A stretch of DNA of 64,000 bases from Cyanophora paradoxa CCMP329 (Eukaryota; Plantae; Glaucophyta). Below the pieces are notes generated by a model that saw nothing but the letters and a program-made list of their open reading frames with translations, was not told the DNA's origin and did no database searches. How positions within the stretch are numbered: the stretch's first letter is position 1; each line of letters begins with the position of its first letter. Of this stretch, positions 36,801 to 48,449 are shown in pieces. The position numbers and the translations under genes are program-made. The stretch spans positions 124,001 to 188,000 of the forward strand of contig QPMI01000195.1 of NCBI GenBank assembly GCA_004431415.1. Direction: 5' to 3'.

Positions 36801-39800
36801 ACCGGCTTGCTCTCCTGTGCCCACCCGTTCGTGCCCAGCGCCGCGATTCTCCCCTCGACGACGAGTCGAGTCGCCCTCAGCCTGTCCATCCACGACTGCT
36901 CCTGGCGCGCGGCTGCGGTCTTGAGGACCTGTGCTGCGAGCTGCTCACCGACGTCGCCTCCGACAGCGTCCAACACCTGCTTGGCCAGTTCTTGTGCGAG
37001 GATCATGAACGTCGACGGGATCTCCGTAAGCGGCCGGCCCGTCGAGTCGGTGCGCGTTGCCATCACCCGAGATAGCAGCGGGAGACCCGCGGGCTGGAAG
37101 ACGAAGTGAGGGTCCGTGCTGGACGTGAGCATGTTGCGATCGACCCGCATCTGCCTGGAGATGGCGTCGGTGCCACGTGAGCGACGGAGGACGTGGAGCT
37201 TCCGCCTCAGTGCCCGTTGCACTGCCGTGCTCGTCGACTGTCCCGCTGCGTCGTCACCGTCGTCGCCGTCTGAGGATATCGATCTCACCTCGGCCTCCTG
37301 CTCTGTCGGCGGTCCGGGTCCGTCGTGACCCCGCCTGTCGCGCTTCCGTGCGCGTCGCTCCTCCGCCAGCGTGCGGCTCCGCGACGGCTGCCACGCCGAC
37401 ATCACGAGCGGGGTGTCGCGGTGCTTCCCGAAGGCTCCGACTCCCGACTTCTGCAGCACCGTCCGCTGCTTCCGTGGGCCTTCGCCGAAGCGCATGTGAA
37501 AGTAGGGCTTCTCGAACGCCGCGACGGTCACCAGCATGCGAAGGGTACCGTCGACATCGATGCTCGCGAGCGACGCGTCCGCCGCCTCCAACGTGATGCC
37601 CTTGGCCTCCGCGACCCGCGTTGCCGCCTCCACCCGCAGCTGCCTCAGGTTGGAGTTGATGTGCTTGCTGCGCCTGGCGTCGTGACGCAGGTCGTTGAAC
37701 CGACGGTCGTCGTCCAGCGTCGTGCGGTTCGCGTAGATGACGTTAACGGCAGCGTGGTCCTCGATGGGAACGTGGAGGGGGCGACGCTTGTCACATGGCA
37801 GCTCGAAGGATTGGGAGATGTTGTTGAAGTCGTTGACGAACTTGGCCAGTTCGGAGACGGTCGAGTCGAAGACATCGCGGTTCACCCCCGTGAGGCGGGT
37901 GTACCACGTGACCGTGTCGGGAACCGTGAGGGCCGTCTCCTTCGGCAGGTCAGGATGCATTGCTCGGGGATCGAGCGGTGGGACTGCATTCGCCCGGAGA
38001 GTGTCCCGCGTCGTCCATCCGCACGCGTTGCTGACTACCGTGAGGTAGAACGTTGCCTGGCGGTGAATCTCCATGGCCGCCGCCGCCTCGTCGGACTTGT
38101 TGCCGCGCGCCCAGCGCGCCGTCGTTCGCATGATGTAGCTGGCCAGCGAGGTCATGCGATTGATGACGAATTCATGCGACGCCTTGAACTGCCCCCAGTC
38201 CGTGTTGTCGACTTCCGCGACGAAGTCACGGTCGTGCCACGCGCCGCGTGTTCTGCCCCTCTCCTCCCGCTCGCCGCAACCCGCCAGGAACTGAAGCGGT
38301 GGTACCGCGTGGTGATCCATCCACGTGTACGCCGTCTTGAGGAAAACGACGTAGCGGAACTCGTTGTACACCATCGTGTGCAGGTAGCGCTTGATCGTGT
38401 CCGAGAGTCCAGATCCTGGGGCGAACGCTGCTCGCGCGATCCGAACCGGCTCCCCGTTGTCGCCTTCCGAGATGTCCGACGCTGCTGTCTCGTACTCCGA
38501 CGACGCCGACGCCGTACCGTCGGCTGCAGCCGACTCGGACGGTGCCGTCGTGGTCCCCGGGGCCGTGCTCAGCGTCACAGTCTCCGTGGTCGCCGCCACC
38601 GTGGACGCATCACCTCGCGTGGCCCTGGCGCTGGCCGCCTCCAGCCGTCGCAGCTTCTTGCGCCCCATGCGTGTGCGCGGCTTCTTGGACGACGTCGTCG
38701 CCGACGAGTTCGCCGACGGGAAAGAGACGCTAGCCGACGAGCTGGTCGACGTTGAGGCCGCTCCGTCACCCTTGCCCTTGCCGCCATCGCCCTTGCGCTT
38801 GCCGCCGGCGCCGTCGCGACCTCCACTGCCACCGCCTCCCGGCGGTCCCGGGGGCCGCCCGCCCGACGGGCCGCCGCCCGGGCGCGGGGGAAGTGCCACC
38901 CACACGCGCTTGTTGTTCACGCTGTTCCAGTGACGAAAGCGGGTTCTTTCGTCCCAGTGGAGACCGGCATCGTAGCGAAGGAACACGTCCCCTTTGCGCT
39001 TCGGCGACTCGTCGCGCCAGTACGTCAACGGGTCCGCTGTCTGGAACGTTGTCGCGATGTCCACCGACTCCGTTACCGAGTTCGTCACCGCGTCGTACTC
39101 CAGCGGGCCTGCCACCGTAATGCGCAGCGTGTAGTCGCCGAAGACGGTCCGGAGCCAAGCCTCCAGTGTCTCCCAGGCCGTATGTCCCGACGTCGTCGAG
39201 TGCGCCCTGCTCCGCAACAGTGCCTCTACGAAGCGTCGGCGGAGCGGGTCCCGCAAGTCGTTCGAGTCCGTGCTGTGCGTGAGCGCGTGGTGTGCTGACA
39301 GCCACGTGTGGAAGACGTCCAGCCCGAAGCTCGCAACGTGCTCGCGGAGGGTGCTCTCGTCGACGTAGAGTCGAGGGTGCCCGTCGGCCTCGCCGATGGT
39401 GAACGCCTTGGGGGTTGGGACCGCCCAGAGGTTGGCCAGCGACGGCTCCTCTCCTCGCAAGCAACGGTGGAAGCGGATGCTACGCCAGAACTGCGTGCCG
39501 TGAAGGATCCCCGCTCGTATGCACGCTGCGAGCTGCGCTGTAGACGGGGCTTGCAGGTCGAGGGACGCCAGCTGACTCTGCAGTTCGGTTGACACGAAGT
39601 ACGCGCCGTCACTCATCGTCGTTGTCCTCGGCTCCTCGGACGCCGACATGAACGCTGGTTGGCTGCCACCCGGCCCCATACAACAAGTTTCCTGCACCAG
39701 TCGAGAGATCGTGGGGTGAAGGGCCTCAAACGACGTCGGGTCGCTCGCGTGCAAGTTCGCCCCCATTGCCACGAAGAAGGCCGTTGCGTACTGCATGCTC

Positions 39801-42800
39801 ACTCCGTCGTCGGTCAGCGGGAAGATGCCGTAGACGTCCGGGCGGGCCGGGAGCGGGCGAGAGGAGCTGAGGGAGTCGTAGTCGACCCCCGCGGCCGCGT
39901 AGAATCTCCGAGTCTCGTCGAGGTCAGGGGAGCGACCGAGCTTCGTCACCAGCGCGTGCGGCCCAATGTAGTGCCCGTACGTGGACAAGGGTGCTGTGCC
40001 CGGTTCGCCGCGGAGGCCGAGGAGGTTCTGGACGATCTCATGGTGTTGGAGCGCCACCGCTCGAGGGTCCTCCGTGTTGTCCGCGCGTCGCAGGTAGATG
40101 ACGGCTTTGGCGAACGGCTTGACCGTCCCCTCCGGGGTCCTGATCCACTGCTCCCTGGGCGGCGGGGACCACGGCTGTACGGTCGCCGGGAGCTGGGGGC
40201 CCTCCTCGGGGAACTCCGCGCAGAGCTCCGTCGGGATCGGGTGCACCGTGATGTTGCCGAAGTGGAATGGCGCGACTTGGTGCACGGCGTTCGGGGCTGG
40301 GGGCTGGCCGAGCTCGTCGAACGCTAGCCTGGTTGGCCAGTCGTAACGCGACATGATTTCTGGACGTCGGAAGTCCTGGAGGAAGTCGATCGTCCGACAC
40401 AAGAGCGTGCCCAAGTTGAAGAGGATCATGCCCTCGCGCATGACGACGGCGCGGAGTGCATCGGCGGACGCGAAGAAGCGCCGGAGCTTCGGGTCGCGGA
40501 GAAAGAGTGCGTCGACGACGCTGAGGCCTGGTACGGTCTCCGGATCCTCCGGTCTCGCCTGCTCCTGCGGCATGCCGAACAACGCCACGAGGAACTCGGT
40601 GAGGTTGGGAACCAGCGCTTGCCCCCGCAGGGCCGTCGCCATGATCGCCGTCGAGAGGACTGTCAGTCCTCTCCGCTCCCTTCGCGGGTCGGGGACGTGG
40701 CTGACGCCCAGGTGCTGATCGATGCGCGCGGAGTTCGGATCTCGGCTCCGTGCACTCCGAGCGAAGTCTTCCGGAAGATCCGCGGCCATCAGCATGACAG
40801 CGTGGACGTCGTCGTCGCGTTCGTAGGTGACGCTGCTCGACGTCACGGGGAGAAGCTCGCCTGTGCGCGGGTGACTCGGTTTCGTCCATACGTCCGTCGC
40901 CCGGACGATGGCGCGAAACTCAGGTCGACTCTTGGACGCGTCCAGGCCCGCCTTCTCGTCCGTGAGCGCGTGGAGCCGCGCCGGCACCGTTGCCGCCCTC
41001 TGGATCTGGACCGAGTAGCGCTGCCAAGGGTCGTCTGCCGATGGGCCCGCTGCGGGCGCTGCAGGGGACGTCTGCAGTGTTGTCAACGGCGTTGTCGACG
41101 AAGCTGGAGTGGTGTCGGGGCCCTCCGGAGCTGTCGTGCGCGTCGCCGCCGCCAGAGCGCCTCGGAAGATGTTGACCGCCCCGAAAGCTGGTGCTACCCG
41201 CCGGCGTCCTTGCGTAGCCTCCACGACCCCCGTTGTCGGCTCCGCGCGGTCCCGCAGGTCCGCGTAGAGCGCCACGCCGTAGTAGCCCCGCACCGGCTCC
41301 GGCACGTCAGCCAAGGCGCCGATGTCCACCTCCTCAGTTCGCAGACGGCGCGGGACGTACGTCTCGTTGCGGATCGCGATGTCGTCGTTTGTGAGAGCCA
41401 GTTCGCCGTGAAGCGCCGCCTTACCCACCACTTGTGCCAGTGGTCCGCCGCGAGTGAGCATGTCCGTCGCGAGGATCGGGCGGTTCACGAAGCGCCGTAC
41501 CCCCGGCCAGGCCGGAGGTGCCCGAGCGGAGCCGCCCTGTAGTACCTCCGGCGGCGCCCCCGTGTGGCCCGTGACCCGATTCTCGGGCGAGCAAGTCGAT
41601 CCGCCGTCTGCCGGCGGCGGCGTCCGACGCTCTGTCAGCATGTTGTCGTGACCTTGTACGCGCCAGATCCAATCGAGGGCCGAGTGAAGTTCACGCTCCG
41701 GAAATGCGCCCTCCCAGTGCTTCGGGAGGCCAAAGTCGTTGAGGTCCGCGTAGTACCGCCAAGACGCCGGCGGGTGCTGCGGGTCGTGACGCTGCAGATG
41801 CGCGTGCGGCGCCGGCTTCTGCTTGTGCCAGACATCCCGATCCTCCCACATCACCACTGGGAGACACCGATTGGGGACTACTGGGAAGCGACTCGCGTAG
41901 CGCGGCCCCTTGTCCGGCTCGATCTGTGCCCGGTAGAGCGTGCGGAGCAGTGTCCAGAGCTGCGTGGGGTGGCCCATGATCCGCGCCAGGGTGTAGCGCT
42001 TGAACGTTGTGCTGGCGAGTTTGAGAATCCACGATGCTATCCGAGTGATGATCGACATCGTTTGTCCCGTCGACCACTCCAAAGACAGTGCTGCCTGCTC
42101 GATCGGTCGCGTGAGCTCCTGACGGAGTCGTCGGAAGACGATTTGCTTGAATAGCGCCTGATCGAGTGTTGCCGCCACCGCAGCCGCGTCGAGCGTCAGG
42201 TGTTCGCCTTGCGGCCCGATCTGGATCGTGGAGCACTCGAACGGGGCCGCGTACTTCGTGTCTTCGAAGTGAAGCGTCATCCGGACCGAAGGCTGTTGCT
42301 GCAGCCACGTGAAGAGGACGTTGGGGTAGACCCAGTTCACGTTGCACTGGACGTGAAGCTCGGCCGCGATAGTCGCGACGGCATCCCTCAGGATCATGTT
42401 GTCGTAGCGCAATCGAATCAACGCCGTGGAGTAGGGGAGATGGACAATGGCACGCTGACGGCTCTCGACGCCCTTAGCTGTCGAGAGATGCCGAGCCCGC
42501 AGCATGCGTTGTTGCACGTACGTCCGCAGCAGCTGCATTCGACGGCCCTGCAGCATGTCGCCGTCGACGATGGAGAGTGGAAGGTCGATTGTCATGGAAG
42601 TGTCGTAGAGGAGGCTCGCGACCATCTCGATGAAGTTCGACATGCTGTCGGTCTGTTCCAGGTACTGGGTGAACGCCTCACTCCAGCGGAGTGGTGGTGA
42701 GCCGATGGCCGTCTCCGTGAACAGCGTCAGCTCCTCCGGGTCGCCAGTTCGAGGCACTTCCAGCCCCCGCACATCGTCACCGTTGATGACTCTGCCCCGC

Positions 42801-43478
42801 GCGACCATGTTCAGGAACTGTTCGCCGAGCTCGACCGCGTAGGTCATGGTGTAGGCGCTGGGGAGGTTCAAGTCCAGGATCTCGCCAAAGCTGAAGAGGC
42901 TCTGAAGCCACTGTGGCTGGTATCCGCCGTCCAACAGGTCGCGAGTGAAGTCGTAGCCCGTGTGCCCCAAGGCCATGACGTGCGTCAGCGCGCAGGCCTG
43001 GGCCCGGCATCTCATGAGCAAGGCGGCCGGCAAGTCCGGGCAAGTCTCCACGGCTGGCGGCGTCTCGATGCTACGCGCTGCCAACATGAGGTAACGGTTC
43101 GCCTCCTCCATCGTCTTCGCCGCGCATGCCTGCTCCACGAGTTGCGTGTCGACCGTGATCGGTGCGACTCGAGTTGACCATGCGGCGTTCTTCCGGCGTG
43201 GTGGGGACGTCGGCGAAGTAGTTCTTGGTGTGCGCCACCTTCGTGAACTGGTCGAGCGTTTGCTTGACGTTCGACATCGTCAGCGGGGTGCCGAAGCTCA
43301 TGACGACGGCGCCCTTGGCGAGCGTGACCGGCACCGGCGGCTCCGTGTACTGCATCCGCTGGTTGTAGGTCTGCTGCTCCGCCGCCTTCCGGTTGGTGAT
43401 GGCCGCGATGTGGGACATGCCCGCCGTCGTCACCGGCGGCGGCCGCCCGAGCCGCCCGGATCCGGAGCTCGAGTGCAT
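36801..43478 (-). CDS. Very large ORF1 (gag position) of the LTR element, in frame with the protease; function of most of it unknown
   Basis: More than 2100 codons open from 43138 with GC3 bias. One frameshift near 43170 links it to the ATG at 43478. Reads directly into PVQILIDSGA. Confidence 0.75.
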
Positions 43479-43678
43479 CGTAGAGAGGTAGTAGTTGAAG
43501 GGGAGAAAGAAGGGACGGTCAGGGACGAGGCTGTAGCTCGCGGTGCTGGAAGCTGTCCGCGGGCTGGTACGGGGCGACTGTTGGCTGATCGCTGGCGAGC
43601 CGGCGACGAGCTGAGCCAAAAATTTTGGCGGAGTCTCCCCCTTCGACAGGCCGAGGAATGCGCGGCGCTGAAGCGGGC

Positions 43679-44237
43679 TTTACGCCTCGCTTCATTCGAA
43701 TGCAGAAGACCTAGCTATCTTACGCCTGACACTACTTAGCTAGATGCACGGGATAGCGCATCGGGTTGGGCCCTGAGGTACGGCAGCTCAAGGCTGCTTT
43801 CCCGGGAACCACGTATCATAATACGTTGGCGATCGACCAGGGCGGATCGCCGTATGCCATTCCGGCCTTGCCCTTGCGAGTTCCGGAACAAGAACTCTCC
43901 GGGGTAAGCGTGCTAGGCGCCTGTACCCCGGGGAGGGCCGTTGCGGGTCGAGACGGTGTACCCCGCTCGGGGGTACTCCGCTCGGGGCCGTCGCGGGGCC
44001 GATCGGGGTACCCCGCTCGGGGGTACACTTGATCGGGGCCGCTCTGACGCCGTACCCCTCTCCGGGGTACGCGTTCGGCCTCGGGCCGCGCCTTGTGGGG
44101 CCGGTTGGGGCGAACGGCGTACCCCGGGGAGGGGTACGTGGTTTCTTCCGGGTTCGGGGATCCGAAGCCGGGTACCGCCGCCGGAGGCCGCGGGGGTGAG
44201 CGTAGCGAACGCAGCACGAATGCAGTACCCCCTACCA
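43679..44237 (-). repeat. Direct repeat R1 (LTR-like) upstream of ORF1
   Basis: Near-identical to 45209-45689 plus 46599-46676. Confidence 0.85.
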
Positions 44238-45208
44238 CACGCGTAGCGTGCCCGTCGTCCGCAGACGACCATGAGACCAAGGAGTCGTACAACATACGAC
44301 AACCGAGGCTCATCAAAAACCAACAGGACTCCGAATCATGCGCGAAGTCTCCCCCCGCGCCGGGGCGGCAGACTCGAAAACCAGCAAGTTACCGCGGGAA
44401 AACCGCGTAACGGTCATGCGCGCTGGACCCCGGCTCGGCACCCGCGGGTCCAGAGGAAAACAGGGTAAAACCCAGCGGAGAAAACTCGAGACTCTCCACG
44501 AAGCCGCGCGACTGTTTCTTGGGGGCGCGCTGGACCCCGGCCCGGCACAAGTGGGTCCAGCGGACGCGCGTGGAAACACGAATGACGACCGGTACACCGA
44601 GTCTGCGCGGTTCGTGCCCGAATCTTCGACGGAACCATTGTAAATTACCACGGATCAGCTGTGCACGATCGCGACCACGTCCGCGCTGGTGGCCGGCACC
44701 GAGCGGGAGTAACATCCGGAACCGTGTGCACAGGAGACGGCAAGGAACCACGTATTATAATACCCTCGGCGAACGCTGGCGCTGGTCGCCGTATGCATTG
44801 CCTTTTTGCGCGAACTTTTCGCGGCGCCGGGGCTCGCTGGGTGGCGAGGTTCGGCGCCCCGGAAGGAAAAATCGCGGGGAGGTGGGCGGGAGCGATTTCG
44901 CTTCGCCGCTGGTCGCTTCGTGGCCTGGGGCGGCCGCGAGCGAAGCTGGGCGTGAAGGGAAACCCCGAATCAGCGTACCCCCCGGAGCTCGGCGGCTTCA
45001 AGCCCGCCGGCTCGGCCCAACGGCTAGCTCAGCTAGTCCCTTGCGGGGCGCTCGCAGCAGCCTGCTGCTAATCCCGTGCTCGCCTCGCGCCGCTTCCGCG
45101 GCTAGCGAGTCGCTCAGCTCTTTCGTGCCTGGCGCTCGGCTACGGTCGTCTTTGTTTGCATTCCGTCGGCGCAAAACTCGATTTACGCATTGAGAGCGCA
45201 AATCCCGA

Positions 45209-46680
45209 TTTACGCCTCGCTTCATTCGAATGCAGAAGACCTAGCTATCTTACGCCTGACACTACTTAGCTAGATGCACGGGATAGCGCATCGGGTTGGG
45301 CCCTGAGGTACGGCAGCTCAAGGCTGCTTTCCCGGGAACCACGTATCATAATACGTTGGCGATCGACCAGGGCGGATCGCCGTATGCCATTCCGGCCTCG
45401 CCCTTGCGAGTTCCGGAACAAGAACTCTCCGGGGTAAGCGTGCTAGGCGCCTGTACCCCGGGGAGGGCCGTTGCGGGTCGAGACGGTGTACCCCGCTCGG
45501 GGGTACTCCGCTCGGGGCCGTCGCGGGGCCGATCGGGGTACCCCGCTCGGGGGTACACTTGATCGGGGCCGCTCTGACGCCGTACCCCTCTCCGGGGTAC
45601 GCGTTCGGCCTCGGGCCGCGCCTTGTGGGGCCGGTTGGGGCGAACGGCGTACCCCGGGGAGGGGTACGTGGTTTCTTCCGGGTTCGGGGTTGACCGATTT
45701 GCATTAGCACATCCATACAACTAATGAAGTTGTCTACGTCGACCACAATCTCACTGAAAGCACTATCCAGGAAGAGAAAGTGAGGACTCTCGTGTGCTGT
45801 GCTCACAATCTACATACTGGAGAAAGGGGACAACACTCTCCTATTAAACACTGCAAACAGAGAGCCGAAGCTAAGGCCAAGCTACCACAACCTCCCTAAG
45901 GACGCAGGAACTGAGCCTACGTATAGCAAGGGTGAAGTCGAAGCGGCCGAGCCTAAACTGTAGCCCTCCTCTGAGCAGTGCCCTAGAAAAGCGAAGACTC
46001 CAAAAAACTCCAGGGAAGGGCCGGAAACCGGAGCCCGTGAGGGCCCGGGTAAAAACCGGCGGGCGCACAGCGTCGCCAGCCGAAACCAGCAAGCTGTGCT
46101 CCTCGGCACCGGAAGATACCGCCTCCAGCTGGGCACACGCGCCTGCCCGAAGTCCGCTGCGGCGGGGGTTGGGAGGCCCCGGGCCGCCCGAGTGCTCAGA
46201 AGCACATCGCCTCGCCAGGAGTCCGAGTTTCTGTGCGACGACGACGCCCGCAGCCGCTGCGTAGGCGTGCAATCACGCCACCGACGATTGCCTGCAGGGG
46301 CGCACGCAAGCCGTCGGCATGACGCGAGCGGCCGCTCGGCGCCGCAGAGAAGACATCGGGCTGAGCGAGAGAGCAGTTGCTGAAGCCACCGCTGGTGGCC
46401 GCTGGAGTGGCTCGCCGAACCGACCCGCGCGGAGCGGATTCCCAACGGGCGCGCGGCTGATCAGCTAAAAGTGGGCTTGAAGTGCGGCCGAGGCGATTCG
46501 CGACCGTCGGACAGCCGGAGAGGCGCCCAGCGGGCAGGAGCCCGCTACCTACCTTCTCTCCAGGTCGGGGTACGCGAATCCTTCTTCCGGGTTCGGGGAT
46601 CCGAAGCCGGGTACCGCCGCCGGAGGCCGCGGGGGTGAGCGTAGCGAACGCAGCACGAATGCAGTACCCCCTACCAAACA
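45209..46680 (-). repeat. Direct repeat R2 (LTR-like), split by an 892-bp insertion
   Basis: Matches R1 on both sides of the insertion and begins TGTTTGGTAGGGGG on the minus strand. Confidence 0.85.
45690..46581. mobile_element. 892-bp non-coding insertion with 17-bp TSD, probably a retroposed non-autonomous or truncated non-LTR element
   Basis: TTCTTCCGGGTTCGGGG at 45673-45689 and 46582-46598. The empty site is visible in R1 at ~44143-44159. Confidence 0.8.
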
Positions 46681-47020
46681 AGAGTCAGGTCACAGCCAGC
46701 CAGAATAGCATACATAAGGACAAAAGTGATCAAGAGGGCGAGGGTTGATCCACCCTCCTCCTGCCCCCCCCCCCTCTCGTTCCTCCCCCCCCGCCACCCC
46801 AACGTGTCTCGGACGCTGAGCCCCTATCCCCCAGCGCACTGCGCTGTAGGAGGGACGGGCAGAGAGCGTGAATTCGGACAACAACATGGGGCCGGGGCGG
46901 GCCAAGAAGCCCGAGGGAACGAGCCGGCACAGAAGGCTGGGGGGGTTCTCGCCGTACCCCTATGGGACAGTCGACGAACCGGGGCGGCGCTTGATAGTTG
47001 CGCCGCCAGATCCCCGCCGC

Positions 47021-48449
47021 TGTTGCGTGCAGTGTGAGGACCCGGGATGATTCGGGGAATCACTAGCCTCTCGCGAGATGGCCTATTGGTAGAACTGCCG
47101 CCTTGACACCCCTTAGTCGTTGGTTCGACTCCGGCTGGGTCCGGGTCGCAACGCGTCCATAACATGGGGGCTGCTAACGGACCTGGTTCGACTCCCGACG
47201 AGGGATAGACCGGGCTTCGAATCCCACGCGGGGCGCTAGGAAGCGCTGGCTGAGGGCCGCTGCATCGCGGTACCCCGATAAGCCCGGCACCTGCATCGGT
47301 GGCCGCCGAAGAGCCTAGAAACTGCGCGCGCGGAAAAAGCGGCAGTTGCGGCTGTGTGATCATGAGTGGGTGTCACGTGCGGCATGTGACCGAGGTTGAG
47401 ATCGCGAGTTGTGAGGTGAAATGCAGCAATGGAACCGCACGGAAGGATCTCGGGTCGAGATCACCGTGGCGGGGGGATGTTGCGTGCAGTGTGAGGACCC
47501 GGGATGATTCGGGAATCACTAGCCTCTCGCGAGATGGCCTATTGGTAGAACTGCCGCCTTGACACCCCTTAGTCGTTGGTTCGACTCCGGCTGGGTCCGG
47601 GTCGCAACGCGTCCATAACATGGGGGCTGCTAACGGACCTGGTTCGACTCCCGACGAGGGATAGACCGGGCTTCGAATCCCACGCGGGGCGCTAGGAAGC
47701 GCTGGCTGAGGGCCGCTGCATCGCGGTACCCCGATAAGCCCGGCACCTGCATCGGTGGCCGCCGAAGAGCCTAGAAACTGCGCGCGCGGAAAAAGCGGCA
47801 GTTGCGGCTGTGTGATCATGAGTGGGTGTCACGTGCGGCATGTGACCGAGGTTGAGATCGCGAGTTGTGAGGTGAAATGCAGCAATGGAACCGCACGGAA
47901 GGATCTCGGGGTCGAGATCACCGTGGCGGGGGGGATGTTGCGTGCAGTGTGAGGACCCGGGATGATTCGGGGAATCACTAGCCTCTCGCGAGATGGCCTA
48001 TTGGTAGAACTGCCGCCTTGACACCCCTTAGTCGTTGGTTCGACTCCGGCTGGGTCCGGGTCGCAACGCGTCCATAACATGGGGGCTGCTAACGGACCTG
48101 GTTCGACTCCCGACGAGGGATAGACCGGGCTTCGAATCCCACGCGGGGCGCTAGGAAGCGCTGGCTGAGGGCCGCTGCATCGCGGTACCCCGATAAGCCC
48201 GGCACCTGCATCGGTGGCCGCCGAAGAGCCTAGAAACTGCGCGCGCGGAAAAAGCGGCAGTTGCGGCTGTGTGATCATGAGTGGGTGTCACGTGCGGCAT
48301 GTGACCGAGGTTGAGATCGCGAGTTGTGAGGTGAAATGCAGCAATGGAACCGCACGGAAGGATCTCGGGGTCGAGATCACCGTGGCGGGGGGGATGTTGC
48401 GTGCAGTGTGAGGACCCGGGATGATTCGGGGAATCACTAGCCTCTCGCG
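47021..48449 (+). repeat. Tandem array of three ~458-bp units plus a 55-bp overhang, each unit with a tRNA-like head and extra B-box-like motifs
   Basis: Unit starts at 47021, 47478, 47936 and 48395. TGGCCTATTGGTAG (A-box-like) and GGTTCGACTCC (B-box), with further GGTTCGACTCCC and CTTCGAATCCC. Confidence 0.85.

Larger units (their letters stand above)
32150..46680 (-). mobile_element. Ty3/Gypsy-type LTR retrotransposon, 3'-truncated (integrase and 3' LTR missing)
   Basis: Order is long ORF1, aspartic protease, RT, RNase H. The upstream repeat region starts TG on the minus strand at 46680. Confidence 0.85.

Noticed and set aside
37177-42842. Plus-strand ORFs over the retrotransposon ORF1
   Set aside because: Shadow ORFs expected from high GC3 on the coding strand.
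47072-47143. Functional tRNA genes
   Set aside because: A- and B-box-like motifs are present, but the acceptor and anticodon stems do not pair properly, so it is treated as a tRNA-derived repeat.
46824-48278. Repeated 148-179 aa minus-strand ORFs (MITQPQLPLF...)
   Set aside because: Antisense translation of tRNA-like repeats (AGVEPTT is the typical antisense of a T-arm), with frames differing among units.
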